Positions 31,576 to 46,419 of a DNA stretch of 64,000 bases are shown piece after piece. Both the position numbers and the translations under genes were made by a program. How positions within the stretch are numbered: the stretch's first letter is position 1; each line of letters starts with the position of its first letter. The stretch is from Octopus vulgaris (taxonomy: Eukaryota). The stretch spans positions 127,782,001 through 127,846,000 of the forward strand of contig OX597816.1 of the NCBI GenBank assembly GCA_951406725.2, given 5' to 3'. The notes below the pieces were generated by a model that saw nothing but the letters and a program-made list of their open reading frames with translations, searched no databases and was not told where the DNA came from.

Positions 31576-32964
31576 ATTGATTGATTGATTGATTGATTCT
31601 AGTTTCAGCTTATGAGCTGTGGCCATGCTGGGGCACCGCCATTTGGTGTTGCTACTTGGTTTCACTTCATGGGGCTTTCTAGCAACTGCTATTTGCATGA
31701 GAGAGCTCGATGCAGCTGCCCTCATCTGACCCTCCTGCCGTGAAGTTGGTTCATCTGGGACACCTGACAGGAAGAGATCCAGCTTCATTTAAAAGACATC
31801 TGTATCCACCCCATGATGCCAAAGTTCAGGACACTTCCCTCCAGGATCTTCCAGATGTATGCCAAAGTTTCCAGGATCCAGATGCATATCTTTTTCCCGC
31901 CTACGCTCCAGGGAATATAATTTTAATCTCTTGAGTCTTTCCCAGTAGCTNNNNNNNNNNNNNNNNNNNNNNNNNNNNNNNNNNNNNNNNNNNNNNNNNN
32001 NNNNNNNNNNNNNNNNNNNNNNNNNNNNNNNNNNNNNNNNNNNNNNNNNNTCATTCCATGATCGACTTTATCAAAGGCCTTTGCAAAGTCGAGATATATC
32101 ACTTCCACATTTGAGTGGTTGAGCAGCCGTTTCAGCACCCAGTCATAGTGTTGTAGGAGCTGAGTTAAACAGCTTCTCCCTGGTCGGAAACCATGTTGGG
32201 TGTCGGGCAGCAAGTCATTCTCTTCAAGGAAGGTGATCAGCTTCCTTCTGACTATTCGTTCCATGACCTTGCTGATGTGTGAGGTCAGAGAGATAGGTCT
32301 ATAGTTCTTGGCTTCCGCTCTGCTACCTCCTTTATGAATGGGGCATATTTTACCTTCCTTCAGTTTTCCTGGAAGTTTGCCAGCTGCAAGGAAGCTCTGA
32401 AAGAGGAACTGCAGTGGTCTTGCTAGGACTCTCTTACATGCTTTTAGGAGGATTGCCGGGAATCCATCGGGGCCAGTAGCTGAGTCTGTTTTCATTTCAT
32501 CTCTAGCCTTGGTTACATCGTCTTCCTTTATATCGATGTAATCTATCGTCGCCGCCTCTGATTTTATATCTGCAGTGGTAAAAAAGTCAGTTGGATTGGT
32601 GATTTGAAGATGCCCAAGGGGTGGAGTGAAAACACTCTTGAATTGCTCATTCAGTATTTCACTTACCTCATTGGTTTTCCTGTAAGTGTGCCATCCTTTT
32701 CGAGGAGTGGCCCTATTCTACAGTGCACTGTAGCTGTTTCTTTGGCATACCTGTAGAAAGCTCTGGGGTTAGATTTTATGTTTTCTATAGCCCAGGCTTC
32801 TTTGTCTGCTCTTTCTTTTTCATGGGAGAGTTGCAGACATTTTTCAATTTCCAACAGTTTTATTTTTAGGCGGGACTTTTCACTGCTTTCAATCTGTTTG
32901 TTTAGGCGATTTGAAAATTTCGTACGCCGTCTCATTAAAATTTTCCTCTCTCTGGGGATTTTGT
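31576..32964 (-). mobile_element. LINE copy B (same family), 5'-truncated just after the APE region, spanning the N gap
   Basis: (GATT)n tail at 31576-31598. 32051-32964 is the reverse complement of ~38919-39830 with about 8 differences seen by eye. ORF 31923-32495 matches the RT N-terminal part of the main copy. Confidence 0.92.
31951..32050. other. Assembly gap (100 N)
   Basis: Run of N. By comparison with the main copy, roughly 700 bp of LINE would be expected here. Confidence 0.98.
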
Positions 32965-32965
32965 A

Positions 32966-33014
<49 letters not shown>

Positions 33015-33079
33015 TTATATATGTATATATATGTGTGTATATTCACGTAAATATATATATGTATATATATATATGTATA

Positions 33080-33124
<45 letters not shown>

Positions 33125-33169
33125 GTATATATATGTATATGTATATATATATATGTATATATATATATG

Positions 33170-33222
<53 letters not shown>

Positions 33223-33453
33223 GTATATATATATATGTATATATATATGTATATATATATGTATATATATATGTATATATATATATGTATATATATATAT
33301 ATGTATATATATGTATATATATATATGTATATATATATATGTATATATATATATGTATATATATATATGTATATATATATATGTATATATATATATGTAT
33401 ATATATATATGTATATATATATATGTATATATATATATGTATATATATATATG

Positions 33454-33508
<55 letters not shown>

Positions 33509-33533
33509 GTATATATATATATGTATATATATG

Positions 33534-33622
<89 letters not shown>

Positions 33623-33659
33623 GTATATATATATGTATATATATATGTATATATATATG

Positions 33660-33692
<33 letters not shown>

Positions 33693-33747
33693 GTATATAT
33701 ATATGTATATATATATGTATATATATATATGTATATATATATGTATA

Positions 33748-33810
33748 CGTCCAACCCATGCTAGCATGGAAAGCGGACGTTAAACGATGATGATGATGAT
33801 GATGATGATG
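33748..33810 (+). mobile_element. Extreme 3' end of a (GAT)n-tailed SINE/LINE inserted in the TA array
   Basis: cgtccaacccatgctagcatggaaagcggacgttaaac(gat)n matches the tail of the SINEs at 12311 and 47507. A shorter twin lies at 30704-30735. Confidence 0.8.
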
Positions 33811-33859
33811 TATATATATATATGTATGTATATATATATGTATATATATATGTATATAT

Positions 33860-33943
<84 letters not shown>

Positions 33944-33947
33944 GTAT

Positions 33948-33993
<46 letters not shown>

Positions 33994-34122
33994 GTATATA
34001 TATATATGCATGTATATATATGTATATATATATATGTATGTATATATATATATGTATGTATATATATATATGTATGTATATATATATATGTATGTATATA
34101 TATTTATGTATGTATATATATG

Positions 34123-34154
<32 letters not shown>

Positions 34155-34614
34155 TATGTATATATATATATATGTATATATATATATGTATGTATATATA
34201 TATATATGTATATATATATATGTATATAAATATATATATGTATATAAATATATATATGTATATAAATATATATGTATATATATATATATGTATATAAATA
34301 TATATGTATATATATATATGTATATAAATATATATGTATATATATATATATGTATATATATGTACATGTATATATGTATATGTATATGTATATATGTATA
34401 TATATATGTATATATGTATATATATATGTATATGTATATATATATATGTATATGTATATATATATATGTATATATGTATATATATATGTATGTATATATG
34501 TATGTATATATGTATGTATATATGTATATATATATGTATATATATATGTATATATATATGTATATGTATATATATATGTATATATATATATGTATATGTA
34601 TATATATATGTATA

Positions 34615-34932
34615 TGATTGATTGATTGATTGATTGATTCTAGTTTCAGCTTATGAGCTGTGGCCATGCTGGGGCACCGCCATTTGGTGTCGCTACTTGG
34701 TTTCACTTCATGGAGGCTTTCTAGCAACTGCTATTTGGTGCATGAGAGAGTTCGATGCAGCTGCCCTCATCTGCCCCTCCTGCCGTGAAGTTGGTTCATC
34801 TGGGACACCTGACAGGAAGAGATCCAGCTTCATTTTAAAGACATCTGTATCCACCCCATGCAGGTCTCTCAGGTTCTTCGTGAGGATATTGAAGAGCTGT
34901 GGGCCTCGGAAGCCCAGGCTATCACAGAATCT

Positions 34933-34934
<2 letters not shown>
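34615..34934 (-). mobile_element. LINE copy C (same family), ~320-bp 5'-truncated 3' end
   Basis: (GATT)n tail plus the reverse complement of ~40739-41035. Both junctions are in (TA)n. Confidence 0.92.
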
Positions 34935-34963
<29 letters not shown>

Positions 34964-35239
34964 CGTATATATATATGTATACATATATGTATGTATATAT
35001 ATATGTATATATATATATATGTATATGTATATATATATGTATATGTATATATATATGTATATGTATATATATATGTATATATATGTATATATATATTTAT
35101 GTATATGTATATATATGTATATGTATATATATATATATGTAAATATATATATATGTAAATATATGTATATGTATATGTATATATATATATGTATATATAT
35201 ATATATGTAAATATATATATATGTAAATATATGTATACG

Positions 35240-35330
<91 letters not shown>

Positions 35331-35450
35331 GTATATGTATATATATATGTATATATATATATATGTAAATATATGTATATGTAAATATATGTATATGTAA
35401 ATATATATATATATGTAAATATATGTATATGTAAATATATGTATATGTAA

Positions 35451-35520
<70 letters not shown>

Positions 35521-35521
35521 G

Positions 35522-35566
<45 letters not shown>

Positions 35567-35691
35567 GTATATATGTATATATATGTATATATATATATGT
35601 AAATATATATATATGTAAATATATATATATGTATATATATATATATGTAAATATATATATATGTATATATATATATGTATATATATATATG

Positions 35692-35820
<129 letters not shown>

Positions 35821-35895
35821 GTATATATATGTATATATATATATATGTATATATATGTATATATATATGTATATATATATATGTATATATATATG

Positions 35896-35928
<33 letters not shown>

Positions 35929-36069
35929 GTATATATATATGTATATATATGTATATATATATATATATGTATATATGTATATATGTATATATATATGTAT
36001 ATATATATGTATATATATATATGTATATATATATGTATATATATATATGTATATATATATGTATATATG

Positions 36070-36126
<57 letters not shown>

Positions 36127-36163
36127 GTATATATATGTATATATATATATGTATATATGTATA

Positions 36164-36220
<57 letters not shown>

Positions 36221-36281
36221 TTATATATATGTATATATGTATATATATATATATGTATATATATATGTATATATATATATG

Positions 36282-36332
<51 letters not shown>

Positions 36333-36339
36333 GTATATA

Positions 36340-36498
<159 letters not shown>

Positions 36499-36499
36499 G

Positions 36500-36708
<209 letters not shown>

Positions 36709-36720
36709 GTATATATATGT

Positions 36721-36896
<176 letters not shown>

Positions 36897-36911
36897 GTAT
36901 ATATATATATG

Positions 36912-36976
<65 letters not shown>

Positions 36977-37004
36977 ATATATATATATATATGTATATAT
37001 AATA

Positions 37005-37049
<45 letters not shown>

Positions 37050-37102
37050 GTATATATGTGTATATATATATATATGTATATATGTATATATGTATATATA
37101 TG

Positions 37103-37165
<63 letters not shown>

Positions 37166-37170
37166 ATATG

Positions 37171-37217
<47 letters not shown>

Positions 37218-37380
37218 ATATATATATATATGTATATATGTGTATATATATATATGTATATATGTATGTATATATATATATGTATATATGTATATATATA
37301 TATATATGTATATATGTATATATATATATGTATATATGTATATATATATGTATGTATATATATATATGTATATATATATG

Positions 37381-37531
<151 letters not shown>

Positions 37532-37628
37532 ATATATGTATATATATATATATATGTATATATGTATATATGTATATATATGTATATATATATGTATATA
37601 TATATATGTATGTATATATGTATATATG

Positions 37629-37665
<37 letters not shown>

Positions 37666-37773
37666 GTATATATATATATGTATATATATATGTATATGTA
37701 TATGTATATATATATGTATATATATATATATGTATATACATATATGTATATATGTATATATATATATATATAT

Positions 37774-37926
37774 GTAAAGCGGAGGTACGCAGATGTTGTG
37801 TGCGCCACAAACAGCCAACATGATGTTGTCGAAAGAGCAGCTGCTGAGCAACAATCTTTTTTGTGCATGGCACAAAAGATTGTACAGCAGCTGACCTGGC
37901 TTCATCAAACCCAAGCCCGCAGGTGA
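37774..37926 (+). pseudogene. Probable C-terminal remnant of LINE ORF1
   Basis: An open frame ([15 protein letters not shown]...QQSFL...QARR*) runs from the TA junction to a stop 44 nt before the ORF2 ATG. The call rests on position only. Confidence 0.45.
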
Positions 37927-40900
37927 GACTACCCACTATATACCAGACCACCACAGCAAACAGACACAGGATGGACACCGCCGGCAACAACGTACACCTC
38001 ACCTCGATACTCCTACTAAACATCAGAGGACTGCAAACACTCAGTAACAGGACAAAGATCCCGTTCCTGAGAGACTTTGTTGCATGCAATCAAGCCTTAT
38101 GCATAGCACTTACAGAAACGCACTGAAACCGGACATAGCAGATGCGGAGTTACACATACCACAGTATGCTGTACTACGGACCGACAGGAAAGAAAGGAGT
38201 CACGGAGGTGTTGCTATGTACATCCATGAGGACCTCACACCCCAGGTCCTCTTCTCATTCTCAAACTCGGTGTGTGACACACTAATTGTGCATATTAGGC
38301 CACTTGATGTAGTTGTGTGTGCTACATATCGCCCTCCAGATGCCCCAAGACATGTGGGCAAGTTTGAAGACTGCCTTATAAAAATAAAAGAAATTCTAAC
38401 CACATTAGAACAACACATAGGTGTGCTTCTTGTGGGAGACTTCAATCTGCCCAATGTCAGATGGCCCGAGGGCCTTTCTCTCCCAGGAATGACAAGATGT
38501 GAACGAGGACAGGCGAGGTCCCTCCTGAACCTCATCAACACCCTGTACATGGAGCAGGTAATACTCCAACCAACCAGGGCAGGTAACACACTGGATCTCT
38601 GCTTCACAAATGACATGGATCTCATCCATAATGTGAAAGTGACACCGACACTACTCTCGGATCACAACATGATAGAGCTGACCATGTACGGGCCAAAAGA
38701 GAGCACGGACATGCAGCCTACAAGAAACCCTCAAAATCTTTCCAGCTTGAACTACCATAAGGCAAACTGGAAACAAATTGAGAAAGAGATCCTCAAACAA
38801 AACTGGCCTGAATGTCTCTCCTCGCCAGACATCGACGTGAAACTTCAACAATTCATGTCTGTAATGCAAGCCATATGCTACAAATGTGTCCCAGAGAGAA
38901 AGGCCACTGTACACAAGAACAAAATCCCAGAGAGAGGAAAATTTTAATGAGACGGCATACGAAATTTTCAAATGGCCTAAACAAACAGATTGAAAGCAGT
39001 GAAAAGTCCCGCCTAAAAATAAAACTGTTGGAAATCGAAAAATGTCTGCAACTCTCCCATGAAAAAGAAAGAGCAGACAAAGAAGCCTGGGCTATAGAAA
39101 ACATAAAATCTAACCCCAGAGCTTTCTACAGGTATGCCAAAGAAACAGCTACAGTGCACTGTAGAATAGGGCCACTCCTTGAAAAGGATGGCACACTTAC
39201 AGGAAAACCAATGAGGGTAAGTGAAATACTGAATGAGCAATTCAAGAGTGTTTTCACTCCACCCCTTGGGCATCTCCAAATCACCAATCCAACTGACTTT
39301 TTTACCACTGCAGATATAAAATCAGAGGCGACGACGATAGATTACATCGATATAAAGGAAGACGATGTAACCAAGGCTATAGATGAAATGAAAACAGACT
39401 CAGCTACTGGCCCCGATGGATTCCCGGCAATCCTCCTAAAAGCATGTAAGAGAGTCCTAGCAAGACCACTGCAGTTCCTCTTTCAGAGCTTCCTTGCAGC
39501 TGGCAAACTTCCAGGAAAACTGAAGGAAGGTAAAATATGCCCCATTCATAAAGGAGGTAGCAGAGCGGAAGCCAAGAACTATAGACCTATCTCTCTGACC
39601 TCACACATCAGCAAGGTCATGGAACGAATAGTCAGAAGGAAGCTGATCACCTTCCTTGAAGAGAATGACTTGCTGCCCGACACCCAACATGGTTTCCGAC
39701 CAGGGAGAAGCTGTTTAACTCAGCTCCTACAACACTATGACTGGGTGCTGAAACGGCTGCTCAACCACTCAAATGTGGAAGTGATATATCTCGACTTTGC
39801 AAAGGCCTTTGATAAAGTCGATCATGGAATGATATGTCACAAACTGCGTGATCTCAACATAGTTGGAAAACTGGGAGAATGGCTTCATGACTTTCTGAAG
39901 GATAGAAGTCAGGTGGTAGTAGCCAATGGGGCCACCTCCATTAACACACAAATAGTGAGCGGTGTTCCGCAGGGCACTGTTCTGGGACCACTACTGTTCA
40001 TAATGGCCCTCTCAGACATGCCCTCAGCCACGCAGAGAGCCACGATCACAAGTTATGCAGATGATACAAAAGTCTCACAGGCAATACAGAACCCTGAGGA
40101 CACTAAACACCTGCAATGTGAGCTGGACGAAATATACAAGTGGGCTGAAAAGAATAGCATGCAGTTCAATGCTGGAAAGTTTCAAGCTTTATACTATCAG
40201 CATGCAAAACTGAATGCAATACCCAATGAATACACTGGACCCGGAGGGATTGCAATCCCAGAGGCACAATCAGTGCGTGACCTGGGTATTCACATGAGTG
40301 ATGACGCGACCTTTCATGTACATGTTGCTAAACTGACAATGAAATGTAGACGGCTGGCTGGATGGATTCTTAGAACCTTTAGAACAAGAGAACAAGAAAC
40401 CATGATGGTCCTCTGGAAGACACTTGTCCTAAGCCACTTTGACTATTGCTCTCAGCTATGGTCACCATCCAGTGTCAAGTTGATCACAGAACTTGAGGCG
40501 ATCCAACGAAGCTACACAAAGAAGATAGCCTCTATGCAGAATGTAAGCTACTGGGAAAGACTCAAGAGATTAAAATTATATTCCCTGGAGCGTAGGCTGG
40601 AAAGATATGCCATAATATACATCTGGAAGATCCTGGAGGGAAGTGTCCTGAACTTTGGCATCGAGAGTTACGCAAATGCCAGAACTGGGCGCCACTGCGT
40701 GGTGCCTAGGACTCCAAACCTGCCATCAAGATGTAGGACAAGATTCTGTGATAGCCTGGGCTTCCGAGGCCCACAGCTCTTCAATATCCTCCCTAAGAAC
40801 CTGAGAGACCTGCATGGGGTGGATACAGATGTCTTTAAAATGAAGCTGGATCTCTTCCTGTCAGGTGTCCCAGATGAACCAACTTCACGGCAGGAGGGTC

Positions 40901-41060
40901 AGATGAGGGCAGCTGCATCGAACTCTCTCATGCACCAAATACCAGTTGCTAGAAAGCCTCCATGAAGTGAAACCAAGTAGCAACGCCAAATGGCGGTGCC
41001 CCAGCATGGCCACAGCTCATAAGCTGAAACTAGAATCAATCAATCAATCAATCAATCAAT
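37775..41060 (+). mobile_element. Young non-LTR retrotransposon (CR1/L2-group LINE), 5'-truncated within putative ORF1, inserted in the (TA)n array
   Basis: Unique sequence bounded by (TA)n on both sides. It contains APE and RT motifs and a short 3' UTR, and ends in an (AATC)6 tail at 41034-41060. Clade is judged from motif style (RDLGI, DYCSQLWSP, LEAIQR, YWERL..L.LYSLERR), not from a phylogeny. Confidence 0.93.
37971..40965 (+). pseudogene. LINE ORF2 (AP endonuclease + reverse transcriptase), ~998 aa if two 1-bp frameshifts (~38123, ~38927) are repaired
   Basis: APE motifs NIRGL, ALTETH, RTDR..GGVAMY, YRPP, GDFNLP, PTRAGNTLDL and SDHN lie in ORFs 37863-38126 and 38084-38947. RT motifs GPDG, NYRPISLTS, QHGF, YLDFAKAFDKV, SGVPQGTVLGPLLF and YADD lie in ORF 38812-40965. 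Confidence 0.92.
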
Positions 41061-41073
41061 ATATATATATATG

Positions 41074-41548
<475 letters not shown>

Positions 41549-41549
41549 G

Positions 41550-41820
<271 letters not shown>

Positions 41821-41821
41821 G

Positions 41822-41962
<141 letters not shown>

Positions 41963-41988
41963 TATATATATATATATGTATATATATG

Positions 41989-42073
<85 letters not shown>

Positions 42074-42074
42074 G

Positions 42075-42201
<127 letters not shown>

Positions 42202-42206
42202 GTATA

Positions 42207-42244
<38 letters not shown>

Positions 42245-42505
42245 GTATATATATATGTATATGTATATATATATGTATATGTATATGTATATATATATGT
42301 ATATATATATGTATATATGTATATATATATGTATATATGTATATATATATGTATATATGTATATATATATGTATATATGTATATATATATGTATATGTAT
42401 ATATATATGTATATGTATATGTATATATATATGTATATATATATGTATATATGTATATATATATGTATATATGTATATATATATGTATATATGTATATAT
42501 ATATG

Positions 42506-42540
<35 letters not shown>

Positions 42541-42547
42541 GTATATA

Positions 42548-42594
<47 letters not shown>

Positions 42595-43021
42595 GTATAT
42601 ATACATATATATGTATATATACATATATATGTATATATACATATATATGTATATATATATGTATATATACATATATATGTATATATACATATATATGTAT
42701 ATATACATATATATGTATATATATATGTATATATACATATATATGTATATATATGTATATATATATGTATATGTATATATATATGTATATGTATATGTAT
42801 ATATATATGTATATATATATGTATATATATATGTATATGTATATGTATATATATATGTATATGTATATGTATATATATATGTATATGTATATGTATATAT
42901 ATATGTATATATATATGTATATGTATATATGTATATATATATGTATACATATATGTATATGTATATATGTATATATATATATATGTATATATGTATATGT
43001 ATATGTATATATATATATATG

Positions 43022-43073
<52 letters not shown>

Positions 43074-43109
43074 TATATGTGTATATACATATATATGTAT
43101 ATATACATA

Positions 43110-43159
<50 letters not shown>

Positions 43160-43633
43160 TATGTATATATACATATATATGTATATATACATATATATGT
43201 ATATATACATATATATGTATATATACATATATATATGTATATATACATATATATATACATATATATGTATATATACATATATATATACATATATATGTAT
43301 ATATACATATATATATATGTATATATGTATATATACATATATATACATATATATGTATATATACATATATATATACATATATATGTATATATATACATAT
43401 ATATATACATATATATGTATATATACATATATATATACATATATATGTATATATACATATATATATACATATATATGTATATATACATATATATGTATAT
43501 ATACATATATATGTATATATACATATATATGTATATATACATATATATGTATATATACATATATATGTATATATACATATATATGTATATATACATATAT
43601 ATGTATATATACATATATATGTATATATACATA

Positions 43634-43707
<74 letters not shown>

Positions 43708-43759
43708 TATACAATATATATATATACACATATATATATACACATATATATATATACAC

Positions 43760-43804
<45 letters not shown>

Positions 43805-43906
43805 TATATACACACAACACACATATACACACATATATATATATATATACACATATATATTATATATATATATATATACACATATATATATATATACATA
43901 TATATG

Positions 43907-43961
<55 letters not shown>

Positions 43962-43969
43962 GTATATGT

Positions 43970-44001
<32 letters not shown>

Positions 44002-44011
44002 GTATATGTAT

Positions 44012-44043
<32 letters not shown>

Positions 44044-44078
44044 GTATATGTATATATGTATATATATGTATATATGTA

Positions 44079-44132
<54 letters not shown>

Positions 44133-44133
<1 letters not shown>

Positions 44134-44250
44134 TTGCCCAAGGCATTGGTCAGCAACTTTGAGCTATAGTTGAAGAAACTTGCCTAAGGTGTAGTGCCAT
44201 GCAACTAGACCTGAAAATGCATAGTTGCAAACTTCATAACCACAGAGCTT
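44133..44250 (-). mobile_element. Decayed CORE-type SINE head abutting the right end of the TA array
   Basis: aaggcattggtc...gctatagttgaagaaacttgcctaaggtg...aaccacagagc is the reverse complement of the family seen at 61533. Confidence 0.55.
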
Positions 44251-45020
44251 CTATGTAAAATATAGATTATATCTATATACATATAAATATATTCTATATC
44301 TTCATGCATATGTCTACACACATGTCTGTGTACATATATATTTATATATAAATGTGTGTATTGGAGCTTCTGGTGCGAATGCCAAGCAGTACAGTATGTA
44401 GTCTCCAAATTTCTGACAGAATGAATTGCATCATGGTGCTGTTAATCTCACAGACAATGCCCAACTGACCCTACTATACTGTGTGGTCAACAAAATAAAA
44501 AGTAAACAGTGCACATACATGAAATTATAAATATAGTGGCAACAATTTACCCATCGCACCCTGTATATATATATATATATATATATATACATACACACAC
44601 ATACATATATATATTGTGTAAGGTATAAGTTAGAGGTTTTTGAATCCGCTAAGGGATAGATATATTCAAAGGCACTCCTAGGAATTACCTCAGTAAGTGT
44701 CTTTGGTGCTAAAAAGGCATTATTTATTTAATATGTTAAGCAAGGTGAGGGTAAGAGTGAGTTTATAGCTGTTTCTGTGTACCATAACTGGTACATAGCA
44801 TTAGCAAAAGAACTTCACACTTCTCTTCCAACCTAGATAGCTTTAACAAGTATAAGGAATTCTACAGTAGTGCATTAGAAAACGCAGGTATAAACCAAAA
44901 AATTAAATACCTAGACTTAGAAAACTATACAAATAACCAGAACAACATACATGCCCAAGTCAATTATCACAACACTAACCACAATCCAAATGAAACGTAA
45001 TCGCAAATAACCATATGAAA

Positions 45021-45270
45021 TCTTATATAGGAGCCATGATAAACGAAATGATACTTAGATACAATTCCCATCAATCTACCATTAGAAACAGAAGTAAAGC
45101 AAACTCTACAGGACTGAGTAGCTATATTTGAGAATTAAAAAACAAAAAATCGACTATAGTTTAGAATGGCGGATCCTAGCAAAAACTTTGTTCTATAACA
45201 TTAACAATAAGTGATGTGAACTCTGTATAACAGAAAAACTACTAATTTTAATGGCCAAATCAGATTCATA
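45021..45270 (+). pseudogene. GIY-YIG endonuclease fragment (Penelope type), with stops and a frameshift
   Basis: Translates as SYIGAMINEMILRYNSHQSTIRNRSKANSTGLSSYI*ELKNK/IDYSLEWRILAKTLFYNINNK*CELCITEKLLIL. Confidence 0.8.
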
Positions 45271-46001
45271 TCCTCCTTTAAGTTTCTTTAAACCCATTCA
45301 TTCATGTATACACCACTTTCTGCTAGCTTAATTGTTATTAGCACACCTACTTATCAACGTATTACCTACCTTTAACCTTCCCAAACCTTAATTAGCTTAC
45401 GCATATCCAATCTGCATTATAAATAGATATTTAATATCTACATTCTATGCTAACCTACTCCAACCCACAATATCAATAAATAATTTGTATACCTAGTCAA
45501 CATGCTAGCCTACTTTTTTTCCTATAATTCATTTCAGTAGAGAATGACCTACTCTTTTTACATGGAAAATTTCCCCTTTCTTTCTTTTTCTTTGCATTGC
45601 ACTCCTCAAACCAAATATTATTCCAACACTTTGTCTATTTACACACTAAAACGTATTGCTGTTAGATATAAACTTTACCCTTATTTATGGCTTCCTTTGT
45701 AAATATACGAACTACCTACAACCTATAAGTTAATGACACATAGGTTCTAATAACCACACCGGTTATCTCTAATTAGGGATAACTCCCTCAGATTACACTG
45801 GCAGTCAACTAGCCAAACAGGCAGACATGTGGAAGTCATGCTAATAATTAATTACGAGACCTTAGATCTACCTCACAATGGATTTAATGAACTTTGAACC
45901 TAACTAAAATGTAAAACTTTCCAATCATTGAACATTCTCATTTCTGGTTTCTCCCTTTATCTTTCGCTCTAGTCTCCTCTTTGTCTATCTCTGCCTTCTT
46001 T

Positions 46002-46082
46002 GTTCTGATGATGTCTACCATTTGCAATGAGGTAAATATATATTTACCTCAATTTATGGTACACAGAAATAACTGTAAATTC
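46002..46082 (+). ncRNA. Degenerate hammerhead ribozyme-like motif with long stem II
   Basis: CTGATGA at 46005-46011, then stem tgtctacca/tggtacaca enclosing the perfect 24-nt palindrome tgaggtaaatatatatttacctca, then GAAA at 46066 and taactGTA. The inverted copy reads gaaacagctata. Confidence 0.5.
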
Positions 46083-46419
46083 ACTCTTACCCTCACCTTG
46101 CTTAACTAATTAAAGACACACTTCTCATTGTTGTTTTTCCTCCATTTTCTTATCATCTATATATTTATATGAAGTGTGTGTGTGTGTGTGTAGTAATGTA
46201 AGCACACAGTGTTATAAATCCATTGCAGTCAATTTTACCAATTAGTTTGACATTGGATATTAGGCAACCTAATAATTATGCTCATCAGAGATGGCAGGTA
46301 TGGGAAAAATGAGGTCTGCTCTTTGTTACTGGTGGTTGTTGTTGTTGTTGTTAAGCATCAAGATGGGTAAGGGTGATTAGGTGATGGTCTAGGGCTTAGG
46401 GGCGGGAGACCCCAGACCT

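Larger units (their letters stand above)
44720..46115 (+). mobile_element. Penelope-like element remnant with inverted terminal copy
   Basis: GIY-YIG remnant at 45021-45270, 53-bp inverted arms at 44735-44787 / 46054-46106, and a hammerhead-like core at 46005-46077. Confidence 0.8.

Noticed and set aside
38115-38935. Programmed ribosomal frameshifting in ORF2
   Set aside because: Copy B has the in-frame sequence at the second site and I see no slippery heptamer at either site. Indels or sequencing errors are simpler explanations.
38200-39951. Minus-strand ORFs inside the LINE
   Set aside because: Antisense shadows of ORF2 with no recognisable motifs.
41034-41060. (AATC)n as a telomeric repeat
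   Set aside because: Short, attached to each LINE 3' end, and not TTAGGG; it is the element's tail.
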